Shown here one piece after another: positions 26,311 to 39,285 of a DNA stretch of 64,000 nt (positions are counted from its first letter, which is position 1; the number at the start of each line of letters is the position of its first letter). The position numbers and the translations under genes are program-made. Source of the DNA: the human T2T-CHM13v2.0 reference genome, Homo sapiens. The stretch lies in NCBI RefSeq assembly GCF_009914755.1, contig NC_060926.1; one strand, written 5' to 3'. The notes below the pieces were generated by a model, which searched no databases, was not told the DNA's origin, and saw only the letters and a program-made list of their open reading frames with translations.

Positions 26311-28618
26311 TTCTATACCTCGCTAGTTTCTGTTACAATTAAGAAGTTTTAGCTAATGTAGATGACTTGAATTCTTTTTTCTTCAATTTTTCATATGATT
26401 TTTGTTTTCTTCCTTCAACCATAATAAGATGATACTTAAATTTTGTCTTAACCAGGAGATCTATAAATACAGGCTTATCCATCCCACTTATAAGCATGGC
26501 AAATGGTGCTTCTCAAAAGTGTCCCCCATGAACCCTCTGGTCACCTAACCGAAGTCGCCCCCTTGCCTGTCCTTAGCTTGACTATGTTGTGCAGCCATTT
26601 CACTGAATCTCATTCCAGACTAATGTTTCCATAGCCTTCATGATTTTGCCTTTTTTTTTTTCCCTGCAGAGAATGTGTCTGTTTACCGCATCACCATCAC
26701 CTTTGGGACCCTGTGCCTTTATGTCAGCACTGGTGCTCTAAGAGGCTTCTTCTTTGCTCATTTTCCCAGAGCCACATTTTCCTTGGGGCAGCATCTTCAA
26801 AACTTGCCACTGAAGTCTCCTGAAGTCTTTCTAAATATCTATTAAAGTTCTCAGGCTAAACTTAATGTAAAACATATACTCACAGTAAAAACTTAATGGC
26901 TCACTCAAATATTTTGCCAATATGGAGCCATTAGGAAAGAGCTCTAGTAGGTCTCATACTGTTAGAGATGTGAAAATTAATAAAATACTTTAAGTCTTAT
27001 TTATGTCACTTGATACCACATGTCAGCACATTTTCTGACATTATATCATAATGTCTACAATGAAAATCATGGAAAATTTTGGCTTACTACATTTAGCTTG
27101 ATCAGTGCTTTGTAGTTTACAAAGCACTGTTTGTTGTTCTATCTCAATAGCAATGCCAAGAGGTAAACCGAACAAGTATCCTTGTACTCATTTTCCATAT
27201 GATAAAGCTGATGCTTGAAGAGGTCAAGGGCTTGACCCCAGGCCATGCTGATAGACAGCAAGAGTCACACTCATATATATGCCAAGCATGCAAGGCCCTT
27301 GCCTTCACAGTCTATTTACAAAACAGCCTGGAAGAATAATAAATCAATCCTAAGAATTGCTATGAAATGCCTTTAGCATAGGCATTAATGTGCAATGGAT
27401 GTACAGCCTATTCAATTTCTTCATGAATCTCTATAGTCTTCACAAGGAACTTTCACTAGAAAAAAAGACAAACTTATCTGTTTTATCTCATTTTTTTTTA
27501 ACACCAAGGACTATGAGACAGATGCAAAATCATTTTTGATTTGTTGGTTGAGGATTGACTGAAATCATTACTAATTATTCGGCACAAGTGGGTTCCACCA
27601 GCTGCACTTGAAGAACACTTCAACATCCTAAAGCAAAATAAAGTAGCTTACGGCAAGTGATGAGTGCCTTAATTATGTTATTGCTACACTTACTGCGATT
27701 TCAAAGATTAAACTTAATAGAATTTCCTGAGCAATGATGGTCCACACTGGATCTGAGGGGGCTTTTCACAAAGGAAAAGGAGAAAATACTTACTAACCTG
27801 GCTACAGCTAGATCTGGCCTCCCTACTAAAATGAGGGTTACCAGGTGTCCTACTTCTTCAGGGAATGTGCTACTTTTCAACAAATCACCCTGCGTATGGG
27901 ATCCAAAGTAGGGCAGTAAAAATGTCTGGCTTTCTGTGACATGCCAGATTCTTCTCCTCTCTCTGACTCACTGATTTTCCACACCTTTCAGTGTCCGAGT
28001 TTGAAGTTTTTCTTAGACTGAAGAAACTTAGGATTGGTCAATTCCCCAAACCTCTTCATTTCCTATAGCAGAATGTGATTAAAGAAAAATTTCCACCAAC
28101 CAGGCAAGCCAAATTTTCTAGATTGTATATCCACAACAACAACCTCAGCTGGTTGCTCCAAACATCAAAATCGGGGGTTGGCTGCACTCGGCAATACCAC
28201 CAGCCCTGCTTGAAATGGTTTACTGCATGATGAATGCTGAACTGTCACCTCTTCCAGGGAGCCTTTCCCAATCCACTACATGCTCCACCCACCCACCCAC
28301 ATGCTTGGCTGAAATTAACTTTTCCATTTCCCTGTCCTTCCACAACACTCCTTATATACTTCTCTTAAAGTAAGTATAACAAGATTCCTAGTATCTTAGA
28401 GATTCCTGTGGGACAAACTTCACAACTCCTTTCTCTTCTCACATCTCTCCATGAGTTTATGAACCTTCAATTCATATCTCCAGAACAGGTTTCTTTCTCT
28501 TCACTTCGTCAAAATTTTATTCATCTCACAGAATTCAGGTCAAATGTCTTTTACCTGGCCCCATTCTTCCCATCTCCATAAAGTTAGTCAAAACTTCCTT
28601 CATGATCTCTGATAACTA

Positions 28619-29110
28619 TGAAATGGACCCAGCTGTCCTATAGAACAGATGTTTATGGTTTCTTTTAAATAAACATAGAAGTTGACTCTCCCAGTCTTAA
28701 AACTTGAGAAAGTTACATTTGTCTTATCTGAGTTCCTTTTTCAGGAAACCAACCATTGGGCCTCCTAGATAGTATCAAGGAACTGAAACTTTCCAGATCA
28801 CCATCTGGACAAAGAGAAGCCACACCCCTCACCTATCATGACTGCCTAACTGACCACCTGCTTCCTGTTCACCAACTCCTCTTCCATACCTCTCCCTAAT
28901 TCCTGTTCTCCTCATGTACTTACATTTCTTCCCTGCTCTACAAACCCGATTTTAGTCAGTCAGGAGGATGGATTTGAGACTGATCTCCTATCTCCTCGGC
29001 TGCAGCACCCAATAAAGCCTTCTTCCCTGACAATAATCATTGTTTCAGTGATTGATTTTCTGTGCAGCAAGCAGTAGGACCTAACCAGAACCCCTGGCAT
29101 TTCAGTAACA
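28619..29110 (+). mobile_element. MER39-family ERV1 solo LTR inserted in an L2
   Basis: TG...CA ends; ataaacatagaa, ttatctgagttcct, ggaactgaaact..ccagatcacc, gatttgagactgatctcc, AATAAA at 29011, ttcagtaaca end. Confidence 0.8.
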
Positions 29111-29256
29111 CACATTTCTCTACTGTAGCACTAATATTGTAATTAGTTTAATTATTACTTTACATATCTTCTTCACTAGACTGTGAATTCATCCAAAGAG
29201 GCCAAGCTTAATGACCTGCCACAGAGTCTAGCATATTATAGCTCAGAAAGGCATAA

Positions 29257-29900
29257 CAGTAGAAGTTCTCCTAACCAATCTCTACTTAATGATGACTTAT
29301 TGGTGAACTGAACATTCTCTGTAGCACAGTGAGTACATACACCTAGTAGGCGGTCTTCAGGTACATCCAGATGGTAGAACTGCACATTTGCCAAGGGTTA
29401 GTATTTTTATTCCGTAACCTGTTTACATCACTTTTGTTACCGTAATTTCCATAATTTGATTAAATATTATTCAAATCAATAAAATATGAGTGTTTTAAAA
29501 CAGTTATCCCTATAAGAAACAAGCAGAATGCCTTGTAAGTACTAATAAACACTCCGTAAAGACTAGTATTATTTTCTTTTGACTGCCTGATTTGATGTAA
29601 AGAAGACAATTATAAAAGACTGGGCAAAATATGTATGAACTCTGCAATTAGATTGCCTTGCAACCATCTAAACTGAAAATCGTATATTATAGGTATGGTT
29701 TGAGCAAATAAGAAAACACAAATTTACAACTGGTGGACCTTTGCTTAAAGAAAAGCTTTAATTGTTCTACTAAAATAGAAGTGAGTAAATGTACATTTAT
29801 ATGTTTTAGTTAAAATAGAATGTCTATTTTAAAATTATTTAAAATTCCTACTTTGACATTTTGATTAACTACCAGGAATATAAGAGGGATTCTATTATAA
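29257..29900 (+). mobile_element. Ancient Tigger (TcMar) transposon remnant
   Basis: cagtagaagttctc..taacc TIR-like start; degenerate CENP-B HTH coding bits WF.Q...GPLLKEK (~29695-29757). Confidence 0.6.
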
Positions 29901-30984
29901 TTATGTCTTTCTTGGTTGATTCATTCATTAATTCATCTGAATAAACACTTGATGAATACTATATTTGCTTTTATACTATTTAATACACAACCTGTCTTAT
30001 GGCATTTATTGTTGACATATAAATGTGGCACATAGTGCTTGGCAAATTAGGTACCCAATGATAAAACACTAAATGAATCTGGACCTATTATCCCTGCTTT
30101 GATTTTGTTTTTTAATGATACGTTCTGTTTTGACACATCCTTGTATTCAAAATTGGCAAATTAAAGATTACAGACACGTTGTAGATAATAAACATAAATC
30201 ATGGAGCAAAGTTTCATGAATTTTTCACATTTTTTTGAAATTTGGAGAGGCTATTGTTTGTATATCTCACTTGTCACTTAGTAACTTTTACATACCGGAA
30301 CAAATTTGATATATGTTTTTTGTCCTTAGTTGGACAACAAAATAACAAACATTATATTTTAGAATTGCTCTTATCCTTCGCCATGTTTATAAGAAACATT
30401 TGACACAGGAACCATCCCAAAGACATTTGGTGACTGTCATTCGCTTCATATTTTGGTAGAGAGCATCACTCAAGTTTAGTAATAAAAATAATAACAATGA
30501 GCATATTTGCCATGTGACAGACCTGTGTTAAATAATTATATAAATTATCTCTTTCTAGATTTACAACTATGATAGTACTCACTAGAGAAGTAGGTACTAA
30601 CAGAGAAAAAAATTAAATCTTAGATAAAAAAATTTGCTCAAGGTCACACCAACTAATTAAGTAATACTTAATACATAAACAAGTATTAAATATTAAGTAG
30701 TTGTCACTTAAATCCATTTGATGGATTTTGTCAATTTATTTGGCAAGACACTATTTAACAAAGGTACAGATCCACAGAAGTCACAGACTGTGGTATATGA
30801 GATGCATACGTGTGATAGGGAAATTGTCATAATTAATAGCATCTGTAAACATTATCCTTAACAGAAATTTTAGAGATACAATGTAGTCCTATATCCAAGA
30901 GTGAACCTTCAGTCATTCACAGATCTGGTAACAGGGCATCTGCGAACTTTACAATTCACTATAAAGTAATAAATGGTAAGCACT

Positions 30985-31280
30985 GGCCAGGTGCAGTGAC
31001 TCACACCTGCAATCTCAACATTTTGGGAGGTTGAAATGGGAAGATTGCTTGAGGCCAGGAGTTTTACACCAGCCAAGACAACACAGCAAGAGCCCATCTC
31101 TACAGTTTTTTTTTTTAACAGTTAGACATGGTGGGCCTGTAGTCCCAGCTACTCAGGAGGCTGACACATGAAGATCACATGAATCCCAGGAGTTGGAGAC
31201 TGCAGTGAGCTAAGAATGTGCCACTGCACTTTAGTCTGGGAGACCGAGCAAGACCCTGTCTCTAAAATAAATAAATAACA
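30985..31280 (+). mobile_element. AluJ SINE
   Basis: Dimeric Alu; near-TSD aaatggtaagcact/aaatgttaagaatt. Confidence 0.93.
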
Positions 31281-32679
31281 TTTTAAAAAATGTTAAGAAT
31301 TATTAAACTGTTATTTATTGTATTAACTAGAAACTTTCTTGATTCACTCTGTATGTTATTGAGCACAGTCTTTTGTAGATTGTTGAAATTTGATGAAAAC
31401 ACAATGAGACAGTCTCAAGCAGAACAGAACCTTGCATCATGAATCATGGGTATAGAAGGCAACATTCTCTAATTATCTTTGAAAGAAGGTACACTATACA
31501 TCAACATCATCATCATTCAAAAAGAACATAGAAGACAGAACTAAATTCTTCTATAAATAAGAAATGGACTCACTTGGCCATCATTGCACCACCTATTGGT
31601 TTCTACTATGCTCATTTCTTCAAGATATTATAGTTGTATTTTGTCATGATCTTTGGTGGAATATTTTATATTTTTTATTTATGTATCAGGGAGGTTTTGT
31701 TAAAAAATTTCAAGGACTGGATGAAAGCCTTTCGAAACCAAAAAATATTTAAAAACCTAATTTCTCATTACTTTCACATTTGGGCATTTAAAAATGTATT
31801 AGCTTTTACAATTTTTTCCCGGCATTTTATCTTCTATTGCAATTATTGTCTTTTCTGTGGTCAGATGAGTCAAGGCTTTACTTGTGTAGATTAACAACTG
31901 TTACTTATAATAGCACTTGTAATTTCACAAGGATTGCATAATCAAGGTCAAATCTCTTTCCTAATGCCTGCCACCACTTCTCCTTAAGTATATAGAGTTC
32001 TTCTAAATCTAAGTGATATAGTACTTTCTTATAAAATACATTTCTAAAATAATCATAAATGACATGCCACTATTCAATTCCTATAGTACTCAAAAATTCA
32101 ACTCTTATAGTACTTTTGATCCTGTAGTGATGAAAAGTTAATTGCAAATAGTACGGTCATTAATTGCTATCACCTTTTTAAGAGCGAGTATGTTCTTAAC
32201 TGTTTCTGCAAATAGAAGATGCAATAGGAATAATCCTAGTCTCGAGGAGGAAACTCCTTTTTTCTAATCAAGTTTTATAAGGAACAGTTTTTGAGACATA
32301 CTACTGTAACTCTGGGCTTTTCTCCTTCTCCTTCAGTGATCAGCCACACTTAAAGAAAGTTGTCTTGAATACTGGATTTAAAACATTCATTTATTTTTTC
32401 CTACCTTTCTCTTTTAATCTCTCTCAAATCACCATTTTTCAAAGTATCTGTTTTTTGGAAACTGTATCAATTGCTACGAAAAGACAGAAGTATAAATATA
32501 GGTGAGGAGATTTATAATAAACACGGGATAATGATAATAATAACATCAATATAATGTAAAAGTTATCATATCAACAAGGAAAAAAATGTACCATGAGGAG
32601 CAACATAAAACAAAGTTTAAACTTTGGCAGGCTGAAGCCAAGGAAACTTTTGAACACTTAATATACCATCTTTCAAATG

Positions 32680-33330
32680 TCTTTCTGGAGAGCAGTTTGC
32701 TAAAGTGTACTAAAAAAAGTTTTAAACTTCATGCTTTTTGATTCAGTAAATCCCCTTAAAGGAATCTATTTTAAAACAGAAGCTTGGCAAATATAAGTGT
32801 AAAATATGTAATGACAATGGTTTTTAAAATTAAAATAGTCCTGGAAATTATAAAATGTCCAAATAAAAAAAAGTACACAAAATGATAATCCACTTGATGA
32901 TAGAATATTATTCCACCACTACAAAGATTTGAGAGGTAGAAAGAACATTCACAAAAATGTAAACCTTCTGAATTATAATAGGTGATTTTCATTTTTATCT
33001 TTATAAATTTTTAAATTCTCCGAGTTTTCTTTATTGAACTGGTATTGCTTTTGAGCTCCAAATAAATGCTACTATGTGTTTTAAAAGAATATCTGATAGC
33101 ATGGAGTATGCTTACAATACAATCAAGATATAAAGTATAATTTTAATTTTGAAATATAAGTTTACATATGCCCACGGACAAAAACAAAAAGGACTGTTAG
33201 GAAATACGTGGAAATCTTAAATGACTACCTGTTATTAATACAGCTGGAGATAATTTATATTATTTTATTTTAGTTTAGATATTTTCCAGAATTTTATAAT
33301 GAGTCTATTTTACTTTCAAATGGTAAATGT
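32680..33330 (+). mobile_element. Old L1ME-like 3' fragments
   Basis: tttgattcagtaaatcccctt..aggaatctatt, ctggaaatta..aaatgtcca, AT-rich L1M 3' UTR motifs. Confidence 0.5.
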
Positions 33331-34670
33331 GTGTGTGTATATAACAGAGCAATAGAAGTCAATGTAGCGGAATTCCTTTCCTTGGCTCAAACCTGAGGCT
33401 TCCTCTCAGACCTTGGGACAAAGGTCTGAGAAATAATATGAGGCTTTTACATTATTTAATCTCACCAAAGAATGAATGCATGAAAAATAAAGCCTAAAGC
33501 TATTTTAGATCAGGATTTTTATTTAACATCAAGTAAATGAAAAAAGAGATAATGAATAATGGGACTACCCTTTTATGATATACAAAGCAAGGTATTGGGT
33601 CTAATTACTTGATGAAATTTAAAAATCAAAAAAAAAAATAAAGGGAAAACAATGCAGTTAAGTTTCCAAGTATATTATTAATAAATAATTGTAGGAAAAG
33701 TCAGTAAGTCCATATATTCATGTACGGAAACAGAACCCATGATGGATGAGCATTGGTTACTCCTCATTGCTGGAGGTTTTATAAGCAAACAGGCCAGTTT
33801 TCTTCTTTTGTGGCTTTGTGAGTTTTGCCCCTTGACATAAATAATGTATCCCTAAAATACCATGAATGACAACAAACTACCATTTTGTCTTCCTTGTCTA
33901 TCTTCAGTATGTGGTGGTTCTACTATAGCAGATCACTTCAACCCAAATATTATCTTTAAACTCTCCAATGGTGTACACTTGAATAAAGAGAAACTAGAAT
34001 ATCTTAAGTAACTTGGATCCTAAAATTCACAGAGATCAAATTGTACATGAGCATAACAACCTTTATGAAGATCCAAAGAATGAATGATTCATTGGAAACA
34101 AGTATGTTCCAAAGGCTGACCTCACAGAGCATTGGACCTCAGAATTCAACCTCCATCTCTGTCTTTCTTTCCTTGTATTTTATTTAGGTTTATTCTGTAG
34201 TAATGGTATTTCCAGGGTCTACATCTTTACTTGGATATTTTGTTCCTCTTTGTGTGCCTTCTCTCTAGAGAAATGCTGCAAGTATAGATCACCACCTTAT
34301 TTTAGCTTCCCATTACTGTGGCATGTAGAAGAGAAGCAAAGGAGATAACAAAGAAATTGATATATTCTATTCACACAGGGGTAGGATGGGAAGATACAAG
34401 CTTTTAATGAACTGGCTAAAGTTTCCAAAACTCAAACTTTTTTTTTCCATAATTTTTGCAAAGCTAATTGAAACCAGATACAAAACATCGCAGACAAACT
34501 ACCTAAGAGTACCTTGATTATTCCTTCTGCATTGTTCTCACTGTTATTTATCTGAAGAAAGGGGCATCCTAGACGTTATAGCTATATTTTCATAATAAAC
34601 TATCTATGCTAATTATGTTGAACTAGACTTATCAGGAGGATATTAACTTGGGATACTTAAGAATTAGTTG

Positions 34671-34969
<299 letters not shown>

Positions 34970-36649
34970 TTAGTTGAGACTGATGGGCTACTAAGGAAAT
35001 CTCTCATACCAGTTAATCAATTTAGCTACTTTGTATCTCAAATTGGCATCTCTAAATTGTGACTGAAAAGTATATAATCCCTTTTCAAAGCAAGTCATGG
35101 TGAAAAATGTTCCCACTTAAGCCAAATAAACAAATGTTTATGCCACTGATGAGTAGTGCCCCTTAGAAATCATCAAAACCCGCTTTAGGGATTAGGGCAG
35201 AACATTTGAGAGTATAATTAAATGCATAAAAGTGCTTAAACTTGAATTGCTACAAAATATAGAAACCATTTGGAAATGTTTTATGGATCACATTAATGTG
35301 TGTGTGTCCCCGTGAAACATAAGATATATAGTTGTTGTTGCATAATGAGTTCTGACAGCACGCTTCCTAGAAGATGACGTTCATCTGAGCAGTATCTTAC
35401 TTTTCATTCTACAGCATTGCAAAAAGTGACTAATGATAGAGAAAATACTGAAGAGCATCTCCTTTGATACTAACTTCAAGCTTCTAAACCATGAGAAGGA
35501 CCCATTTAAAACGTTAGGCTCATTTACTGATGAGAGTGGACCAAAGAAAATCACTCTATGCATCTAAGCAACAGTATGTAGTGTCATCACTAATTTATGT
35601 CCTTTGGGTAAACGTTCTTGTTAAACACACTGGTTTTTGACAATTTTGTTGGAAATTTTCTGTTTATAAATTTCCTCTTTTATTCAGAAGCTTGGACCAA
35701 ATCAAATAACGCAAAGTGAACAATGCTCTTTTGGTGATGTGCAAAACAAAGAGAACTCTAAAACATTCTGTTAATTTTAATAAACAACATGACTTAGAAA
35801 AAAGTAAATAAATCAAAAAGCAAGTAGAATCCAAATACCCAAATAACGGGTGTGTTAGATAAAACTATTAAATAGGAATAAAATCAGATAAGAAAATTGC
35901 TTAAGACCTTGAGCCTGCTGTGAAATATTTAGTGAATCTAGGGAACAAAGGATAACATAATGAAGCTAAAGTTTAGGAAACGTAAGTGTTCACCTATCAC
36001 ACTGTCTTAGAAATGTGTATATAAATACATACGTATATATGTGTGTATACATATTTACACAAATGTGGCTATATATTTTTTGCAGGTTTTTATACATATA
36101 TTTGAGTGTGTGTGTGTAAATAAAGTTCACAGGGATGGCCTGAAGCTTAACCTAAAATATTTCTATTTCAAAGTTGATCCTATTTATAGGCGTATTTAAC
36201 AGAGAGGCTATACGGACAATTTGTAGAGATCAATAGTTGGCTGTATAGAAAGGATTTTTTTTTTACCCTTTATAATGTTGTGAATCCCTAATCCCCAGTC
36301 TCACGGTAAGTGTCCTACATATTTAGTAGAGGGTGATATGAACATTCAATTCTTAAACCCTTTGGTGCCAGCCTTAAGCTATCAGTTTGCAATATTTCAT
36401 ATTTACAATCTAATCTAAGCTTCCAGGATTTTCCTCACTCTGAAAGATAAAACAGACATTTTAAAATATGTATCATTAATTCTAAGTTTTAGCAAATAAA
36501 ATTGCTACACTGAGACAAAATGTGGTTACAAAAATCATTGTGTCAGTTACCAAAAATCCCAAGTCTACCACTTAGACTACTTTTATGTCCCACCAATAAA
36601 AACTATGACCCCAGACCATCCAACTGAATGAGCCACGAAAATTACCCCC

Positions 36650-36707
36650 ATTCCCATGTTACTGCCTTTCCAATTCCCATGTCACTCCCTTTCCAATTCC
36701 CATGTCA
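36650..36707 (+). repeat. 23-bp minisatellite, 2.5 copies
   Basis: attcccatgttactgcctttcca / attcccatgtcactccctttcca / attcccatgtca. Confidence 0.9.
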
Positions 36708-36937
36708 GTTGTGGGTCTCATACCTAGGTGTGGGGAAGCAAAAGAAAGTTTAAATTATGAGAAATTGTTTTCAGATACTTTTTTTTATGATGGACACTTA
36801 AAAATTTGGGGAAATATATATATGATATATGATATATATGATATATATATCATATATATCAAAGAAAATCAATGTTATAATCAGCCAGTCTCCCCAAATC
36901 ACCAAAGCTAATAAAATATTTTCTTCCAATTTATAGA

Positions 36938-36963
36938 CACACACACACACACATACACACACA
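36938..36963 (+). repeat. (CA)n microsatellite
   Basis: Direct reading. Confidence 0.9.
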
Positions 36964-37450
36964 GTGAATCTGGTATTCTACCAACTAACATGTTATAAAC
37001 ATTTTCCCTCCTCATTGAAAGTTCCTCAATCTTCCTTTTTCTAATGGCTGTATAATATTCCATAATATAGATATGTTGTAATGTATTATTAGGCAATTGT
37101 AATGGAAGAAACATTTTACTAGAAAATCTGGATTACACAACCTAGTCACTGTAGTAAAGTAAGAGCATTAGTAGAAACTGTAATTGTTTTAGAAGCTTTT
37201 AGAAGTGACAGATTCACCTATCGTTTCCCGTACTCTTCACCGACATTCCTTAAGGAGCAGATTCTGTTCAGCTTGCAATTGTCACTTGGCTTGGAATCAT
37301 ATAATTATTTACCACTTTTTTTTTAACTTTCAATTGTGGATAAAATGTTTATTAAATGAGGCTGATTCACCTCAGCTCCAAAGTCTGTGGCAATTTCTCA
37401 CCTGCTTCCTGCTAATTATTCTAAATAGTTACAGAAACATAATTGTGATT

Positions 37451-37636
37451 CAAGTGGTTCTCCAAGTAGAGTCCCTGGACCACCAATTTCAGAAATACCT
37501 GAGAATTTACTAGAATGTCAATTCTTGCATACCATCTAGGTCTACTAAGTCATAAACTCTGAGGATGAAGTTCAGCAATCTGTATTTTAACAAACCTCCA
37601 GGTTATTCTGATGCCCCCTCAACTTGAGGAACCACC
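37451..37636 (+). mobile_element. MER5A DNA transposon fossil
   Basis: agtggttctccaagt..gtccctggacca, cagcaatctgtattttaacaa.cctccagg..attctgatg, ttgaggaaccac. Confidence 0.85.
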
Positions 37637-38147
37637 ATCTTATCCTATAGACAGATCATGCTGTTGAAATGTGCCATTTTCACATACACATAGTCCACAG
37701 AGGCTTCTGCCATGTTTTTTTTAACAACCCGATATGTAACTTTTGTCCCAGCAACATTTTAACATCAGGGGACTGCATCCATTTCAATCTGAACACTTTT
37801 GTCCAATCACTCCAAGTGAGCTTAAGAAAATGTAGAGTAAATTTTTTTAAAAGATCTGTGTACCCAATTTGATAGACATTTTATCTTATTTTGGCATTTC
37901 TATTCTCAGGTAGCAAATTGCCTGAAAGGGCAAACAATAAATATGGGAGCTACCGCATGGCTCTTTGTGGATATATTTGGAGGCAGTTTAACATGCTGTG
38001 GAGATGTTTCTAGAAAGATTACTGACAAGATCAACCATTTTATGAAAGTTGCTTTTATTACCTTTGGATTTTTTCTAACTTGAAAAATATTGCTCTTAAA
38101 GTATGCTTCTCTACTAATCCTTCCTGTTGAGCATTCTATTCTCCTTA

Positions 38148-38250
38148 AAATATATATATATATAAATATATATGTAGATGCGTGTGTGTATATATATTAC
38201 ACACACACATATGTCTGTGTGTATGTGTGTGTGTACATATGCACACTCAC
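38148..38250. repeat. Composite (TA)n/(TG)n/(CA)n microsatellite
   Basis: Direct reading. Confidence 0.85.
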
Positions 38251-39037
38251 AAATAATTAAGTAATTCCATTCTGGGAGAAAGACTTTGAAGAAAAGCAGT
38301 TTATTTGCTACTCAGAAAGGGAAAGTGATGTTCGTGGGACATAAAGGGATTTGAATAAATAGGAATAAGTGTCCTTTTAAAAGAAAGCAGCATATGGAAC
38401 TAGAAATACTTTCTGGAAGCTCTAATCTCCTATTTGAAGAAAATCCAATTGTTCTGGCTGGTGGCAAACTAGGAGATTACAGCTGAATTTCTCTCCCTCC
38501 ATTCAATGTGAAGTAATCATAGAGCCATAAGGAATTTGACAGGAACCATAAATACTTCTCCTGTAAATCCCTAAAAATTTATAAGAGCATTATGACTTTC
38601 ATGCTCTTTCTTTCCTAGAGTCTTTACTTCAAAGTCTTCTGAGACTAGAAGAGCCCCTGGAGCAATCATTCTGCTTCCATATCCACAACTTGGAACTCTT
38701 AGTCCCAGACCCTCAAATTATAGAACCTGAGGGAAAATTTAGGGGGCACTGAAACCAAATACCTTCACGTGTCAGATGACAAAATAAATCAGGTAGACAA
38801 AAAGTGTTAACCACATCACGCAAAGACCAAAACCCAAAGTTCCACATTTTCAGGCAGAGCCCTCAGCCTCATGTCACTAGGCTTCATTTCTACCAATATC
38901 GCCCCACTGACTAAATGTCCTTTGTCACTAGAATTGTTTAGTTCTGCATAAATACAAAGTATCGATGATCAAATTTGACTTATTTCTTCTCATTCAGTCC
39001 TTAAGTGGAAACAGCAAAATGCTGGTTGCCTTCTCTT

Positions 39038-39252
39038 AAAAAAACAAACAAACAAACAAAATAAGAAGGAAGGAGAAGGAAGGAAGGAGAAAAATAAAAA
39101 AGAAAGCGAGAATGAACAAAGAGTGAACAAATGAACCAACGGAAGAATGAAAAATAAAAGAAAGAAAAAAGAAAGGAAGAGAGGAAGAAAGAAAAGAAAA
39201 AAGAAAGAAAAGAAAAAGAAAAAGAAAAGAGAAAGAAAAAGAAAGAGAAAGG

Positions 39253-39283
<31 letters not shown>

Positions 39284-39285
39284 AA
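39038..39285 (+). repeat. Purine-rich low-complexity tract: (AAAC)n, 100-nt pure G/A run, (AAGC)7
   Basis: 39156-39255 contains only A/G; (AAGC)7 at 39253-39280. Confidence 0.95.
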
